The notes under the pieces: generated by a model
Databases searched by the model: none
What the model was told of the DNA's origin: nothing
The model's input: only the letters and a program-made list of their open reading frames with translations
Assembly (NCBI GenBank): GCA_035444565.1
Contig: DAOMOX010000005.1
Coordinates: 5,045-69,044, forward strand
DNA length: 64,000 bases
Direction: 5' to 3'
Source of the DNA: Candidatus Dojkabacteria bacterium
Lineage (GTDB): Bacteria > Patescibacteriota > Dojkabacteria > B142 > OLB20
Shown: positions 9,710 through 21,033 of the stretch, in pieces
Numbering within the stretch: the stretch's first letter is position 1
Layout: every line of letters begins with the position of its first letter
Position numbers and translations under genes: made by a program

Positions 9710-10858
9710 TTATCCTAAGAAATTAATTGGCAATAACTGTAATAGATTGATACCTAAGAACCTCAGTAACGGGATGGTAACTGCTAATGTAATCAACGCC
9801 CAAATAGATGAAGTAATCATATCTTTGCCTTCCTGGATTTTTGCGGGATCGGTACTTTGTCTCAAAATTGACCCCCACATTATTCTCAACACTCCAAAGC
9901 CCCCTAACATACCGAAACCTATTTGAAAAAGTCTTGTAATGAATTCATTTTGCCTTGTATCAACACATCCGATAGAACTATAAACATAAGCTTTGGGTGC
10001 ATTTGGATCATTGGGATCGATGTTCTTCATAAAGCAGTCTAGACAGTTTTGTCTTTCACCTAAATCAAGAATTTCACTACATGAGGTGATGTCAGGATTA
10101 ATTGCAATCAATGTTAGGACAACAGGATCTTCAGCTTTCTGATAAGCACAGAATTTGCCAGAAAGCGAAACCCCATCCTGGAAAGAGCCTTTTAACGGAC
10201 TACCAACCGCAAGACATTTATAATCACCTCTTTGTTCCTCTGTAAGTGGTCTATTCGTTGTATTATTCTCTTCTAATAGTTCAGTACCCTCTATCAAACA
10301 AGCATCGGATGGACATGAGAATAATGTTGCGCCAATTTTATAAGGGAAACTAGAGGTTGTAGCTGTCACTTCTCGAGAACTTGTGCTTGGAACAGAATCA
10401 ACTTTGGTGTTATCACTTAACACACATTCGACTCCGATATCCTGTTTTGTCCCAGCTGGACAACACTTAAAACTACGTTGATTAACTGGGATCCCCACTG
10501 GGTATTCCCGAGGACAACATCCACGATCTGTATATCCTGATTCTCCAAGAACAATAGGGATGATTGAACCTGTATCACAAAACTTTACGTACCTCTCGTT
10601 TGCAGTTCCTACTGGATCATCTATTTTCGATATTTGTAAAGATCTATCTAATGTACAAATTCTAAATTCCTTGGCTTCTGTCAGTGATAAACTTATACTG
10701 CCGCTATTAGAATTTCTAAACATGTCCCTAGTAATCTCATACTCACCTACTGCATTATTACAGTAATCGGATTCTACCCAAGCCTGCTGTGCACTTACTC
10801 CCTGAGGAAATACTGCAATTAACAGAAACACCCCTATGATTAATCCTAAGAATTTCAT
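9710..10858 (-). CDS. VirB2-like pilin with a large Cys-rich N-terminal domain
   Basis: Signal peptide VSA|Q, ~280-aa Cys-rich region, then SSIGCV..TM-QSTDPAKIQEGKDMITSSI-TM. Confidence 0.72.
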   Translation of the reverse strand: MKFLGLIIGVFLLIAVFPQGVSAQQAWVESDYCNNAVGEYEITRDMFRNSNSGSISLSLTEAKEFRICTLDRSLQISKIDDPVGTANERYVKFCDTGSIIPIVLGESGYTDRGCCPREYPVGIPVNQRSFKCCPAGTKQDIGVECVLSDNTKVDSVPSTSSREVTATTSSFPYKIGATLFSCPSDACLIEGTELLEENNTTNRPLTEEQRGDYKCLAVGSPLKGSFQDGVSLSGKFCAYQKAEDPVVLTLIAINPDITSCSEILDLGERQNCLDCFMKNIDPNDPNAPKAYVYSSIGCVDTRQNEFITRLFQIGFGMLGGFGVLRIMWGSILRQSTDPAKIQEGKDMITSSIWALITLAVTIPLLRFLGINLLQLLPINFLG

Positions 10859-10861
10859 AAT

Positions 10862-13438
10862 TTATTTAATTGTATATTTATTTAAACTTTCTATGAATAT
10901 CGTACTTCCACTTTGTAATTTCCTCTCGATTATTAACTGAGCAACTAGATCTTCAATTGTGTCTGTCACCACTCTTCTTAATTCTCTCGCTCCGTATAAA
11001 TTATTGTAACCTAAATTTGCCAACTCTTGTAGCAAGTGTCTACTATATTCAAGTTTTATCCCTTTATCAAACAACCTATCTGCAACTGACTTCATCATTA
11101 AATTGGCTATTTCTTCTACCTCCATTCTAAGCAAAGGCTTGAACATAATCAACTTATCAAATCTATTGAGGAACTCAATCCTCAAGAAATTTCTTAAAGT
11201 TGGCATAATTGCTTCCAGAACTTCACTGTAACGGCGACCTTGAGAAATTAAATCTGCAATTTCTTTCGATGCGACATTAGAAGTTGCAATAATTATCGTA
11301 TTGGTGAAAATTACTTCTCTACCCATTCCATCAGTGATTTTTCCCTCATCCAAAATTTGCAAGAATAAATCAAGTACTCGAGGATTCGCTTTTTCGATTT
11401 CATCAAGTAGAATTAATGCGTATGGTTTTGCTTTTACCGCCTCCGTCAAATACCCTCCCACGAACTCCTCACCTTCTTGCATACCGATTAGTCTTCCTAG
11501 ATTTCTATCTTCTTGGTATTCAGACATATCGAGCCTAATCATCTTCTCTTCATCACCAAAGTATAGTTCAGCGACTGTTTTTGCCAACTCGGTTTTACCA
11601 ACTCCAGTTGGTCCGAAAAATAGGAAACTCGCAACTGGTCTGTTTTTATTGGTAAGACCAGCTCTGGATCTTCGAAGTGCAGCAGCTACCGCGTCCACTG
11701 CCTGATGTTGACCGATAACTCTCTTATGAAGTTCGATTTCGAGTTTATTGAGAAAATCTGATTCTTTCATACTAATACTTCCGATTTCTACACCAACTTT
11801 TCCTGCTACCAATTTATCCACAACCTCTCGGTCAACCACAGTCTTACCTACTGCAAGTGCACGAGAAATCGCTTCTTCTAATAAATTAATAGCTTTATCA
11901 GGTAACACCCTCTCAAAGGCAAACTTGTGTGATAACTCGACAGAACGATCCGCAGCTTCAAAAGCAATTTTGACTTTGTATGTTTTTTCAAGTTCAGGAA
12001 TGAAGTCAAATAGTATTTGAAGTGCAATTTCATCAGTAGGCACCTCCATTTTCATTTTATTAAACAAAGCATCAAGAGCTTTGTATGGTTTTATGTGTCT
12101 AGTGTATCCTTCAACAGAACTAGTTGCTATGATTCTGAGCTTGTGAACATTCATTGCATCAGTAAGTAGATTTATAATCTCTGCACTCAACTCTTTCTTT
12201 ACATTGACCAGCTCATCTAAATCATCAATCACAAGAATAATATTTTTAGCTTTTGCCACTTCTTGGACTATATTTTCGACCGTGGCTTTAAATTGTTGTT
12301 CGTTCTCAGCCAATGCATATGCCCTATTGAAATCAAAACCAACCAAACGCATATCTTGAATTATTTTGGGGACGTCCTCTACCACCATTTTAATTGCGAA
12401 GTTTTTTATAAATGTAGTTTTACCTACTCCTGGTTGCCCCAGTACTAGAGATGCACTTGATTCCCCTGACGTTACCATTGCGATTAAGTTCTTTAGTTCA
12501 TTTTCTCTTGCGTAAGATAATTCGAAATTGCCTTGGACGATTTCCGCGGTGAAATCACGTGAAAATTTAACCAAACTTGGGGAAAACACTGAAGTGTAAG
12601 CGCGATTAACCGTCGAAGTTGGTTTAAGCATGCTTTTTGTTCTGATGATTTGGAGATACCTGGCTCTCTTACTGAGATTCTGCGCCCATAGTCTCATCGC
12701 ATCAACTTCATTCTCGCCTACTTCAAGTTTCAGTAGTTCATTTTTAAGATCGGTTTTGCAAAGATGGATAAATAGAGACAACTCATCTGCCTTCTTGAAT
12801 CCATTCTCTATTGCAATAATAAAACTCTCACGCAAAACCAATGCTAATTTTTCTTCATCGAAATTCACATTATTTACTGTATGAATCAAATTATTTAACG
12901 TCTCAACACTCAATCCTAAGCGAGTACTAGCTGTTTTGACAAGTTCGAGAAAACTCAGCTCTTCTAGAATTTTCTCTAATATGTTACTTCCGTCTTTCCT
13001 TGCAAGAACTTCATCAATTAAATTTATTAAATCTTTATCAAAGTAGTCAGTAATATCTATTTCTGCTGGATTTTCTGCTTTTTCAAATTTAACACGGAGT
13101 CCGTCAAAATCTCTTTGTCCAAACTTGTCCAAAAAGACATTTCTATCTCTAACCAAATAAGCACCATAAGAGATTAATCCGAGCCCCATATAGAGAATTA
13201 ACTTTGCAAACGTGTCTACATAAATAATTTCAGAAAGAATGAATCTTGAATTGAAGTACGCCTCGTAAAGAGCAAAAATACAAATAATTACAACAGTGAA
13301 GAAAATTAATATCCACCCAATAATAAATTCGATTTTCTGGAGTTCTTTCCTCAGCCCAAACTCTTTCGATAAATAACCGAAGTTAATTTTTAATTTTGTT
13401 TTTCTATACTCACCAAGTGAGTTGATACGTTTAAGCAT
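10862..13438 (-). CDS. Membrane-anchored ClpA/ClpB-family double AAA+ ATPase
   Basis: Two N-terminal TM helices. Walker A GQPGVGKT and GPTGVGKT, LPDKAI, RVIGQ..AV, RLDMSEY, LLDEIEKA, GARELRR. Confidence 0.9.
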   Translation of the reverse strand: MLKRINSLGEYRKTKLKINFGYLSKEFGLRKELQKIEFIIGWILIFFTVVIICIFALYEAYFNSRFILSEIIYVDTFAKLILYMGLGLISYGAYLVRDRNVFLDKFGQRDFDGLRVKFEKAENPAEIDITDYFDKDLINLIDEVLARKDGSNILEKILEELSFLELVKTASTRLGLSVETLNNLIHTVNNVNFDEEKLALVLRESFIIAIENGFKKADELSLFIHLCKTDLKNELLKLEVGENEVDAMRLWAQNLSKRARYLQIIRTKSMLKPTSTVNRAYTSVFSPSLVKFSRDFTAEIVQGNFELSYARENELKNLIAMVTSGESSASLVLGQPGVGKTTFIKNFAIKMVVEDVPKIIQDMRLVGFDFNRAYALAENEQQFKATVENIVQEVAKAKNIILVIDDLDELVNVKKELSAEIINLLTDAMNVHKLRIIATSSVEGYTRHIKPYKALDALFNKMKMEVPTDEIALQILFDFIPELEKTYKVKIAFEAADRSVELSHKFAFERVLPDKAINLLEEAISRALAVGKTVVDREVVDKLVAGKVGVEIGSISMKESDFLNKLEIELHKRVIGQHQAVDAVAAALRRSRAGLTNKNRPVASFLFFGPTGVGKTELAKTVAELYFGDEEKMIRLDMSEYQEDRNLGRLIGMQEGEEFVGGYLTEAVKAKPYALILLDEIEKANPRVLDLFLQILDEGKITDGMGREVIFTNTIIIATSNVASKEIADLISQGRRYSEVLEAIMPTLRNFLRIEFLNRFDKLIMFKPLLRMEVEEIANLMMKSVADRLFDKGIKLEYSRHLLQELANLGYNNLYGARELRRVVTDTIEDLVAQLIIERKLQSGSTIFIESLNKYTIK

Positions 13439-13766
13439 TCAGTAAAAAAGATGCGAATCCGTAAATCGGAATCACAGGTAAAATCAGATAAATTATGAAA
13501 ATTATCAAAATGATAGGAAGAAGAAGTAATTCAATAAATAACCCCATCAAAACCCATGTCAAACGTATAGGAAAAGCAATAATACGACCCATCCTGGTGT
13601 AGTCCTGATAAAGTGGCTGAAATAGATTTTTAAGCATCGGTGGGACATTCAACAAATTCATCAAGAACATCCATCCACCAAAAACTTTACCCAAGATAAT
13701 CTTGGATTGGACAAGGTACCACCAAATAAAATAATTTAGAAAATATCGATTTAGTAAATTGAGCAT
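13431..13766 (-). CDS. Small membrane protein coupled to the Clp ATPase
   Basis: Hydrophobic with W-rich N-terminus (YFIWWY..LFQPL.QD). Overlaps the ATPase start by 8 nt. Confidence 0.7.
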   Translation of the reverse strand: MLNLLNRYFLNYFIWWYLVQSKIILGKVFGGWMFLMNLLNVPPMLKNLFQPLYQDYTRMGRIIAFPIRLTWVLMGLFIELLLLPIILIIFIIYLILPVIPIYGFASFLLNA

Positions 13767-13841
13767 TTTTAGAGTTATTTCTCTAATTGTAGTTGAATTT
13801 GGTTACTCTATCAATGAAAAATCTAAACTACTATTTATAAC

Positions 13842-13871
13842 AAAAAAGATCCCGCACTAAATGCGGGATCT
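13842..13871 (-). terminator. Intrinsic terminator of groESL
   Basis: AGATCCCGCA-loop-TGCGGGATCT followed by a T-tract on the minus strand. Confidence 0.88.
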
Positions 13872-13896
13872 AATATTCTCAGTTCGTAGGATACAA

Positions 13897-15835
<1,939 letters not shown>

Positions 15836-15877
15836 ATGATTATTGGATTAATAAATAATTTAATTAGTTGAGAGAAA

Positions 15878-15904
15878 TTAGCACTCTCGGACTTTGTGTG
15901 ATAA
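15878..15904. promoter_or_regulatory. CIRCE element (HrcA operator)
   Basis: TTAGCACTC-N9-GTGTGATAA against consensus TTAGCACTC-N9-GAGTGCTAA (2 mismatches), upstream of groES. Confidence 0.88.
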
Positions 15905-15911
15905 GTGTGAA

Positions 15912-15941
15912 ATTTTATGATAAATTTGTCACCTGTGTCAA
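15912..15941 (-). promoter_or_regulatory. Sigma70 promoter of groESL
   Basis: Minus strand TTGACA-18 nt-TAAAAT immediately upstream of the CIRCE. Confidence 0.7.
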
Positions 15942-15979
15942 GGCGACCAATCGAACTACTTATCCTGCAAGTGATTATA

Positions 15980-17848
15980 TCATTTGAAAATGATATTTTC
16001 TCTTTTAGAAGGAATTTTTCTCAAATTCTCAGGGATGTAGTCAGGTTTGTATGTGATATTGACTTTCTCAATCTGTTCTAGTTCTTCTAGATATTTTTTC
16101 GCCTCATCAATAGTTTTTCCTGAAATTTGATCTTTTTGTTCTTCTAGTTGAAGGTTTTCATTTACCTCACCTTTTGCTACTAATTCAAAGGTGATTTTTG
16201 TTCCCTCCACTTTCACATTTTTTACTTCAAAATCGTCGACTTTGATTTCGGCTTGATCGGTAGCTTTCTCACTTTTCTTGATGATTTCTTCTGCCATAGA
16301 TTTGATATCCTCTTCCTGCAACTTCACAGCGGTGACTTTCATCTTCAGGTCCACCGAGAAATTCTCTGCTTCTTCATCATTCTGAACAGTTTGTTCAAGA
16401 CTGACTTGCTCATACTTCTGTGAACCTTCAAGTAAAATCTCACCTTTAGACAACTGCGATTTTAGATTTGTTTGAAGATTGCCTTTTATTGCAGTTTCGA
16501 GACCCTGTTTAACTTTTGCAACATCATCTGCTGTTACGACGGTAATTTCTTCTGTTTTGCCTCCCGTAATATCTCTGAAACCGAAACCAATAAGTTGATC
16601 CGTAGTAAAACCCTGGATACGGAATGTTGCAGGTTCAGTTATATTATAGTTGTCTCCAAAGCCTTTAGCTTGTACTGGAATATCTTTCTCGTAAGAATCA
16701 ATTGCAATTGTAGTGTTCTCAATTAACTCATACTCTAGATTTGTTGAAATGTCTATTACGATCTGGCCCTTCGCGAGATTAACTGCCGATTCTTCGCTTT
16801 TGTTTCTCATCTCAATGATACCTTTAGCGTACTCTCCTGTTTCTTTTTTACCTGTCGCAACACCATCTCCAGAGGAAGATTCCTCCAGTCCAAGTTCAGT
16901 TCCAGGAATAATCAAATTTTCACTATCAATCTCAGTCGCAAGAGTGGAAACAGTAATCATTTCATTTATATTACCTTCGGATTGGTTGAACTCTACTTCA
17001 ATCTCAACCTTGGCCATATTTTTGTAACTATATGCAAATGCACCGCCAAAGAGCAATAGTAGTAATAGTAAAGCTAAACCGACAATTATAAGCAGTTTTT
17101 TAATATTTCTTTTTTTCTTGGGACCACTTTCTTTTAACCTTCGTGTTGCAACATTTGCAGATTGTTTCTCTTCTGTAGGTTTTTCTGGCTCAGCAATAAT
17201 TTCAGGTTTTTCGACTTCTGATTCTTTCTCGTCTTTTTTTATCTCAACTCCAGTAACTGGTGTGCTTAAGTCTTTTAATTCATTAATATCACCACCTGAA
17301 GCAATCGCGATACCTCCCAGAGTAACGATTTTCGGACTTAGTCGAGGCTTTTCCCCGAATATCTCTTTTTCCGTATGTTCGATTGGTTTAGTTATCTCTG
17401 GTTCTTTCTGTTCTTCGATTTTTTCGGTAACCTCAGGTTTCACTTCTTCAACATCCTCTGGAACAACCTCCTCCTCGACTACCTCTTCGGGCATTCTAGA
17501 AGTAAGTAATTCTTTTTTAATTCCCTCCTTATGTTCTCTGAGTTCATTCTTTATTGCTAAAGCTTCATCCCAAGCAGATTTATCCACTAGACTAATTTTG
17601 TCACGAACCACTAGATTGGCTTTACCTGCTAATTTTATGCCTGTAGGATTGTCCGTTACCAGGATTAATAATTTATTAGAGTCAATTAATTGTTTAGATA
17701 ACAATTTCAAACTAATAACGCTACTTACCACACCGCTAGTTGCTGGGATTACTAATATCACACGCGATGTTGCTGCACGTAAAATCTTCTCAACGACGAA
17801 TATGATTTCGTCATCCTGATCAACAAATATTTTCTCTATCGTCTGCAT
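15980..17848 (-). CDS. Bitopic membrane protein with extracellular baseplate-J-like domain
   Basis: Cytoplasmic N-domain (DDEI..V..KI..VILVIP..LKLL..LVT), acidic linker, one TM, then G..ETG..A.G.....N...V.A...G..YN motifs. Confidence 0.55.
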   Translation of the reverse strand: MQTIEKIFVDQDDEIIFVVEKILRAATSRVILVIPATSGVVSSVISLKLLSKQLIDSNKLLILVTDNPTGIKLAGKANLVVRDKISLVDKSAWDEALAIKNELREHKEGIKKELLTSRMPEEVVEEEVVPEDVEEVKPEVTEKIEEQKEPEITKPIEHTEKEIFGEKPRLSPKIVTLGGIAIASGGDINELKDLSTPVTGVEIKKDEKESEVEKPEIIAEPEKPTEEKQSANVATRRLKESGPKKKRNIKKLLIIVGLALLLLLLLFGGAFAYSYKNMAKVEIEVEFNQSEGNINEMITVSTLATEIDSENLIIPGTELGLEESSSGDGVATGKKETGEYAKGIIEMRNKSEESAVNLAKGQIVIDISTNLEYELIENTTIAIDSYEKDIPVQAKGFGDNYNITEPATFRIQGFTTDQLIGFGFRDITGGKTEEITVVTADDVAKVKQGLETAIKGNLQTNLKSQLSKGEILLEGSQKYEQVSLEQTVQNDEEAENFSVDLKMKVTAVKLQEEDIKSMAEEIIKKSEKATDQAEIKVDDFEVKNVKVEGTKITFELVAKGEVNENLQLEEQKDQISGKTIDEAKKYLEELEQIEKVNITYKPDYIPENLRKIPSKRENIIFK

Positions 17849-19104
17849 TATTTTTTATCTAATTCAAAATACATCCTTGCAAGTGCAAGAGGCGCTATGT
17901 CCTCAGGACCAGTTATACTTCGAGATACATCATTAATATCTTCAAGTTGCTTAGGATACAAATACTCAATCTTTGGATGTTTAGCAAAAGGCAATGTTTG
18001 TAACCATGCATATTCTTGAAGAGACTCTTTTATTTCAGGTAGCCCAGACCCTCCTCCGCAAAGATAAAATACGGTAGGATAACTATCAATATCTTCGATT
18101 TCTGAAAGTGACAACTCAACACCTTGTGCCCAAACTAAGCAGTCTTTAGTCAACATTTCTCTAATTGCTCTGCTCTGAGTTTCGTTTACTGCACCATTAC
18201 TATAATCAATTTTGATTTTTTCGGCGTCTTCAATTTGAACTTTTAATTTATTTGAAATTCTCTTTGTGAAAACTTTACCACCATAAGCGAACATTTTGGT
18301 AGCGATAACACTCCCTCGGTCAACCACAGCAATATCAGTAGTACCTCCACCAATATCAATAATCACAGCAGAGAATTTCTCACTTTTTGCGTCTTTGACT
18401 GCTCTAGCTACAGCATATGGCTCAACTTCGATTGATAAGATTTCTAATCCAAGTTGAGATGCAATTTCCTTGAGGGAATTTAAGTGCAAAGAAGGAGCAA
18501 AAGTTGAGAATACTCGATAACTTATATTCTCTCCGGTCATACCTAGTGGACGATCAACTTGAACACCATCAATGTATGTAGCATTAATTTTTGTGTTAAT
18601 TTCTTGAAGCCTTTTGGTCTCGATTCCGGTTTCCTCGGAAATGTCGTTGATAGCTTGATTAAATGAGTATTCCTTTATACTGGTAATAACTTCGTCAATT
18701 TCTTTCTGTTCAATTTTTACGTCAGGCTCTTCTCTCGAATAATCAGCAATGATAGTCACACCTTTTACAAGTTCTCCAGCGATACCTAAAAGTGCTTTTT
18801 CAGGTGCGGGAGTAACGTACTCAACACCTAATTCCTTGCTCATGATTTCATCGGCATGATTCAGTGCTTCTCCGATAGCTTTGTCACAAGCATTTACAAC
18901 GTGCTCTATGTTAATGACCATAGCGCCTTTCATTGAAGAGCCATGTTGCCTACTACGGCCATAGCCAAGTACTTTTATGGAAGAATCACCTTCTTCGACT
19001 GTGAAGATAACAGCTTTTACGAATTCAGTACCGACGTCAAGCGCCAAGAGCACTTCGTTATCTGTTTTATTTGTTTTGCTGAGAAATGGCAGTTTCATTT
19101 TCAT
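17848..19104 (-). CDS. FtsA-like actin-fold ATPase
   Basis: LALDVGTEFVKA, EPYA, IDIGGGTTDIAV, GG..FT, AEKIK, LCGGGS.L. Not in a dcw/ftsZ context in this window. Confidence 0.85.
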   Translation of the reverse strand: MKMKLPFLSKTNKTDNEVLLALDVGTEFVKAVIFTVEEGDSSIKVLGYGRSRQHGSSMKGAMVINIEHVVNACDKAIGEALNHADEIMSKELGVEYVTPAPEKALLGIAGELVKGVTIIADYSREEPDVKIEQKEIDEVITSIKEYSFNQAINDISEETGIETKRLQEINTKINATYIDGVQVDRPLGMTGENISYRVFSTFAPSLHLNSLKEIASQLGLEILSIEVEPYAVARAVKDAKSEKFSAVIIDIGGGTTDIAVVDRGSVIATKMFAYGGKVFTKRISNKLKVQIEDAEKIKIDYSNGAVNETQSRAIREMLTKDCLVWAQGVELSLSEIEDIDSYPTVFYLCGGGSGLPEIKESLQEYAWLQTLPFAKHPKIEYLYPKQLEDINDVSRSITGPEDIAPLALARMYFELDKK

Positions 19105-19140
19105 AGGTTATAGTTTAGCAGGTATCACCTCAAATTATAA

Positions 19141-19740
19141 CTATTTCATTCCTAAATTTTCATATACCAAACTTGGGATATCTTCCCAAGCCAACACTTT
19201 ATGTACATATTCTGAAGTATAGTTTTTATTCCATGGCTTGATAGGCATAATAGTAACAATATTATAATTTTTTGCCTGTTCAGCAAATATTGGTGCATCA
19301 TCAATTAGCAACGGTATCTTCTTTCCCTTTAAATAAGTTCCCTTTTTCCTTGTGAATTCGATTTCATTATTAAAATAAAGATTGTTATCTCTTAGCCACT
19401 TAATCGTTTTAGTCCTAAGTTCAAAATTTGTGAGATTATCCCTCGATGACACATATACTACCTCTACCCCTTCTTTCATCAAGTCATGTATGGACTCATA
19501 TACACCCGGGAATACAGGCATGGAAAACATTTTATTAAGATACTCTTCAGACTTGATCACAAGATTGGTTTCATCTTTATTGACCAAACCGGAATCCAGA
19601 AATTTACCCGTAATAGACTTACAAGAATTGTAGTCAAGTTCTCTATTAAAGAAATTTTCAAATACGTCACAGAATATACTTTGAGTATCTAACAAAGTAT
19701 CATCAATATCGATTGCTATCTTTTTATTCATATTAAGCAC
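19141..19740 (-). CDS. HAD-superfamily 5'(3')-deoxyribonucleotidase (NT5C-like)
   Basis: IAIDIDDTL, VSSR, T..WL, K, LIDD.P, PWN motifs. Confidence 0.85.
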   Translation of the reverse strand: MLNMNKKIAIDIDDTLLDTQSIFCDVFENFFNRELDYNSCKSITGKFLDSGLVNKDETNLVIKSEEYLNKMFSMPVFPGVYESIHDLMKEGVEVVYVSSRDNLTNFELRTKTIKWLRDNNLYFNNEIEFTRKKGTYLKGKKIPLLIDDAPIFAEQAKNYNIVTIMPIKPWNKNYTSEYVHKVLAWEDIPSLVYENLGMK

Positions 19741-19810
19741 CCACTTGATAAATCACACATTATATTATATACTTTATGTCGTTATATAATACTTATATTA
19801 ATAAATCATA

Positions 19811-20398
19811 TTGAATAATACTACATTAGTCGAGATTTCTAAAGTGAGTCTACCTGTAGAAGACTTGGGGATGTTAAAGGCTACATTGTTTAGCAGAAAT
19901 GGTGATGAAGTTATGGTAATTTCCAGAGATAACATTATCAAAGCTAAAAATCCGATTATACGAATACACTCGCAATGTATTACTGGAGAAGCATTCCATT
20001 CCCTTAGATGTGATTGCAGACCCCAACTAATGGAATCATTAAAAATAATTTACAAGAATAAAGGCGCAATTATATATCTATTTCAAGAAGGTCGAGGTGC
20101 TGGGCTAAGAAAAAAGTTTATGGCGAACCATTTGGAAGACGAAGGTCTAGATACTGTTGAGGCATACGAATCACTTAACCTACCAATTGATCAACGCGAC
20201 TACGAATTGGCTGCAGACATTTTAAAATATTACAAAATCTCAAAAATAAAATTACTTACAAATAATCCAGATAAAATTGAGTGCTTAGAAAAAAATGGTA
20301 TTGTGATTAGTGAAAGAATCCCCTTAATAATTCCACCTAATAGATATAATAGAAAATATCTACAGACAAAGAAATCTAAAATGAGACATTTATTATAA
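19811..20398 (+). CDS. ribA: GTP cyclohydrolase II family protein (active-site variant)
   Basis: RIHSQCITGE...SLRCDC, QEGRG, DTVEA, DQRDY, LLTNNPDK, YL.TK..KM.H. Confidence 0.88.
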   Translation: MNNTTLVEISKVSLPVEDLGMLKATLFSRNGDEVMVISRDNIIKAKNPIIRIHSQCITGEAFHSLRCDCRPQLMESLKIIYKNKGAIIYLFQEGRGAGLRKKFMANHLEDEGLDTVEAYESLNLPIDQRDYELAADILKYYKISKIKLLTNNPDKIECLEKNGIVISERIPLIIPPNRYNRKYLQTKKSKMRHLL

Positions 20399-20415
20399 TT
20401 TATTAACTAAAAAAC

Positions 20416-21015
20416 ATGAAAATCTATTTTGTAGCATCGATATTAGGGAAAAAAAGAGATACCCACTCAGAAAGATGGCAGAAACAAATTATTAAACAGT
20501 TAAAAGATTTAGGACATGAAGTCTGGGATGGGAATTTTAATACAGAGCCTAAGCTTTTATATGAAGAAAGTGAGGACGAATATGTAAATATCTATAATCG
20601 CAATACCAAGATAATTAAAAGCTCAGACCTAGTTATCGCTGAAGTTTCTATGTCAGATAGTGGTGTAGGATATGAGATTTCTTATGCACTCAGTATCAAA
20701 AAACCTGTATTGGCTCTATACAATGAGCAATCAGTCGAACCGACTGCTCCTCCAATCATTGCAGGTAAAAGTAAATTCCTTACGTTTGTAAAGTATGATG
20801 AGAAGAACTTGAAAAGCACACTAGATAAATATATAGGACAAATAAAAAAGAATTTAGACTCAAAATTTATCCTAATAATCTCATCCGAAATTGATCGATA
20901 CCTTGAATGGTCTTCACAGGAAAACCGCATGCACAAAGCTCAAATCGTTCGAGATGCTATTGAGAAAGTGATGAACAAAGATACGGATTATAAGAAATTC
21001 TTGGAGACAGCTTAA
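20416..21015 (+). CDS. Nucleoside 2'-deoxyribosyltransferase / DNPH1-like N-glycosidase with C-terminal ribbon-helix-helix domain
   Basis: KIYF.AS..G and DLVIAEVS..DSGVGYEI..A....KPVLAL. C-terminus KFILIISSEIDRYL.......MHKAQIVRDAI is RHH-like. Confidence 0.8.
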   Translation: MKIYFVASILGKKRDTHSERWQKQIIKQLKDLGHEVWDGNFNTEPKLLYEESEDEYVNIYNRNTKIIKSSDLVIAEVSMSDSGVGYEISYALSIKKPVLALYNEQSVEPTAPPIIAGKSKFLTFVKYDEKNLKSTLDKYIGQIKKNLDSKFILIISSEIDRYLEWSSQENRMHKAQIVRDAIEKVMNKDTDYKKFLETA

Positions 21016-21033
21016 CTGAAGTTATATTAGACA

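Noticed and set aside
5922-10858. Conjugative element or ICE
   Set aside because: No relaxase, coupling protein, VirB4, integrase or att repeats are visible in the window.
15980-17848. Prophage or contractile injection system suggested by the baseplate-J-like domain
   Set aside because: No sheath, tube, terminase, capsid or integrase genes are present, and the protein is membrane-anchored among housekeeping genes.
19811-20398. Riboflavin operon or FMN riboswitch
   Set aside because: No other rib genes are adjacent, and the 70-bp AT-rich upstream region cannot hold an RFN element.
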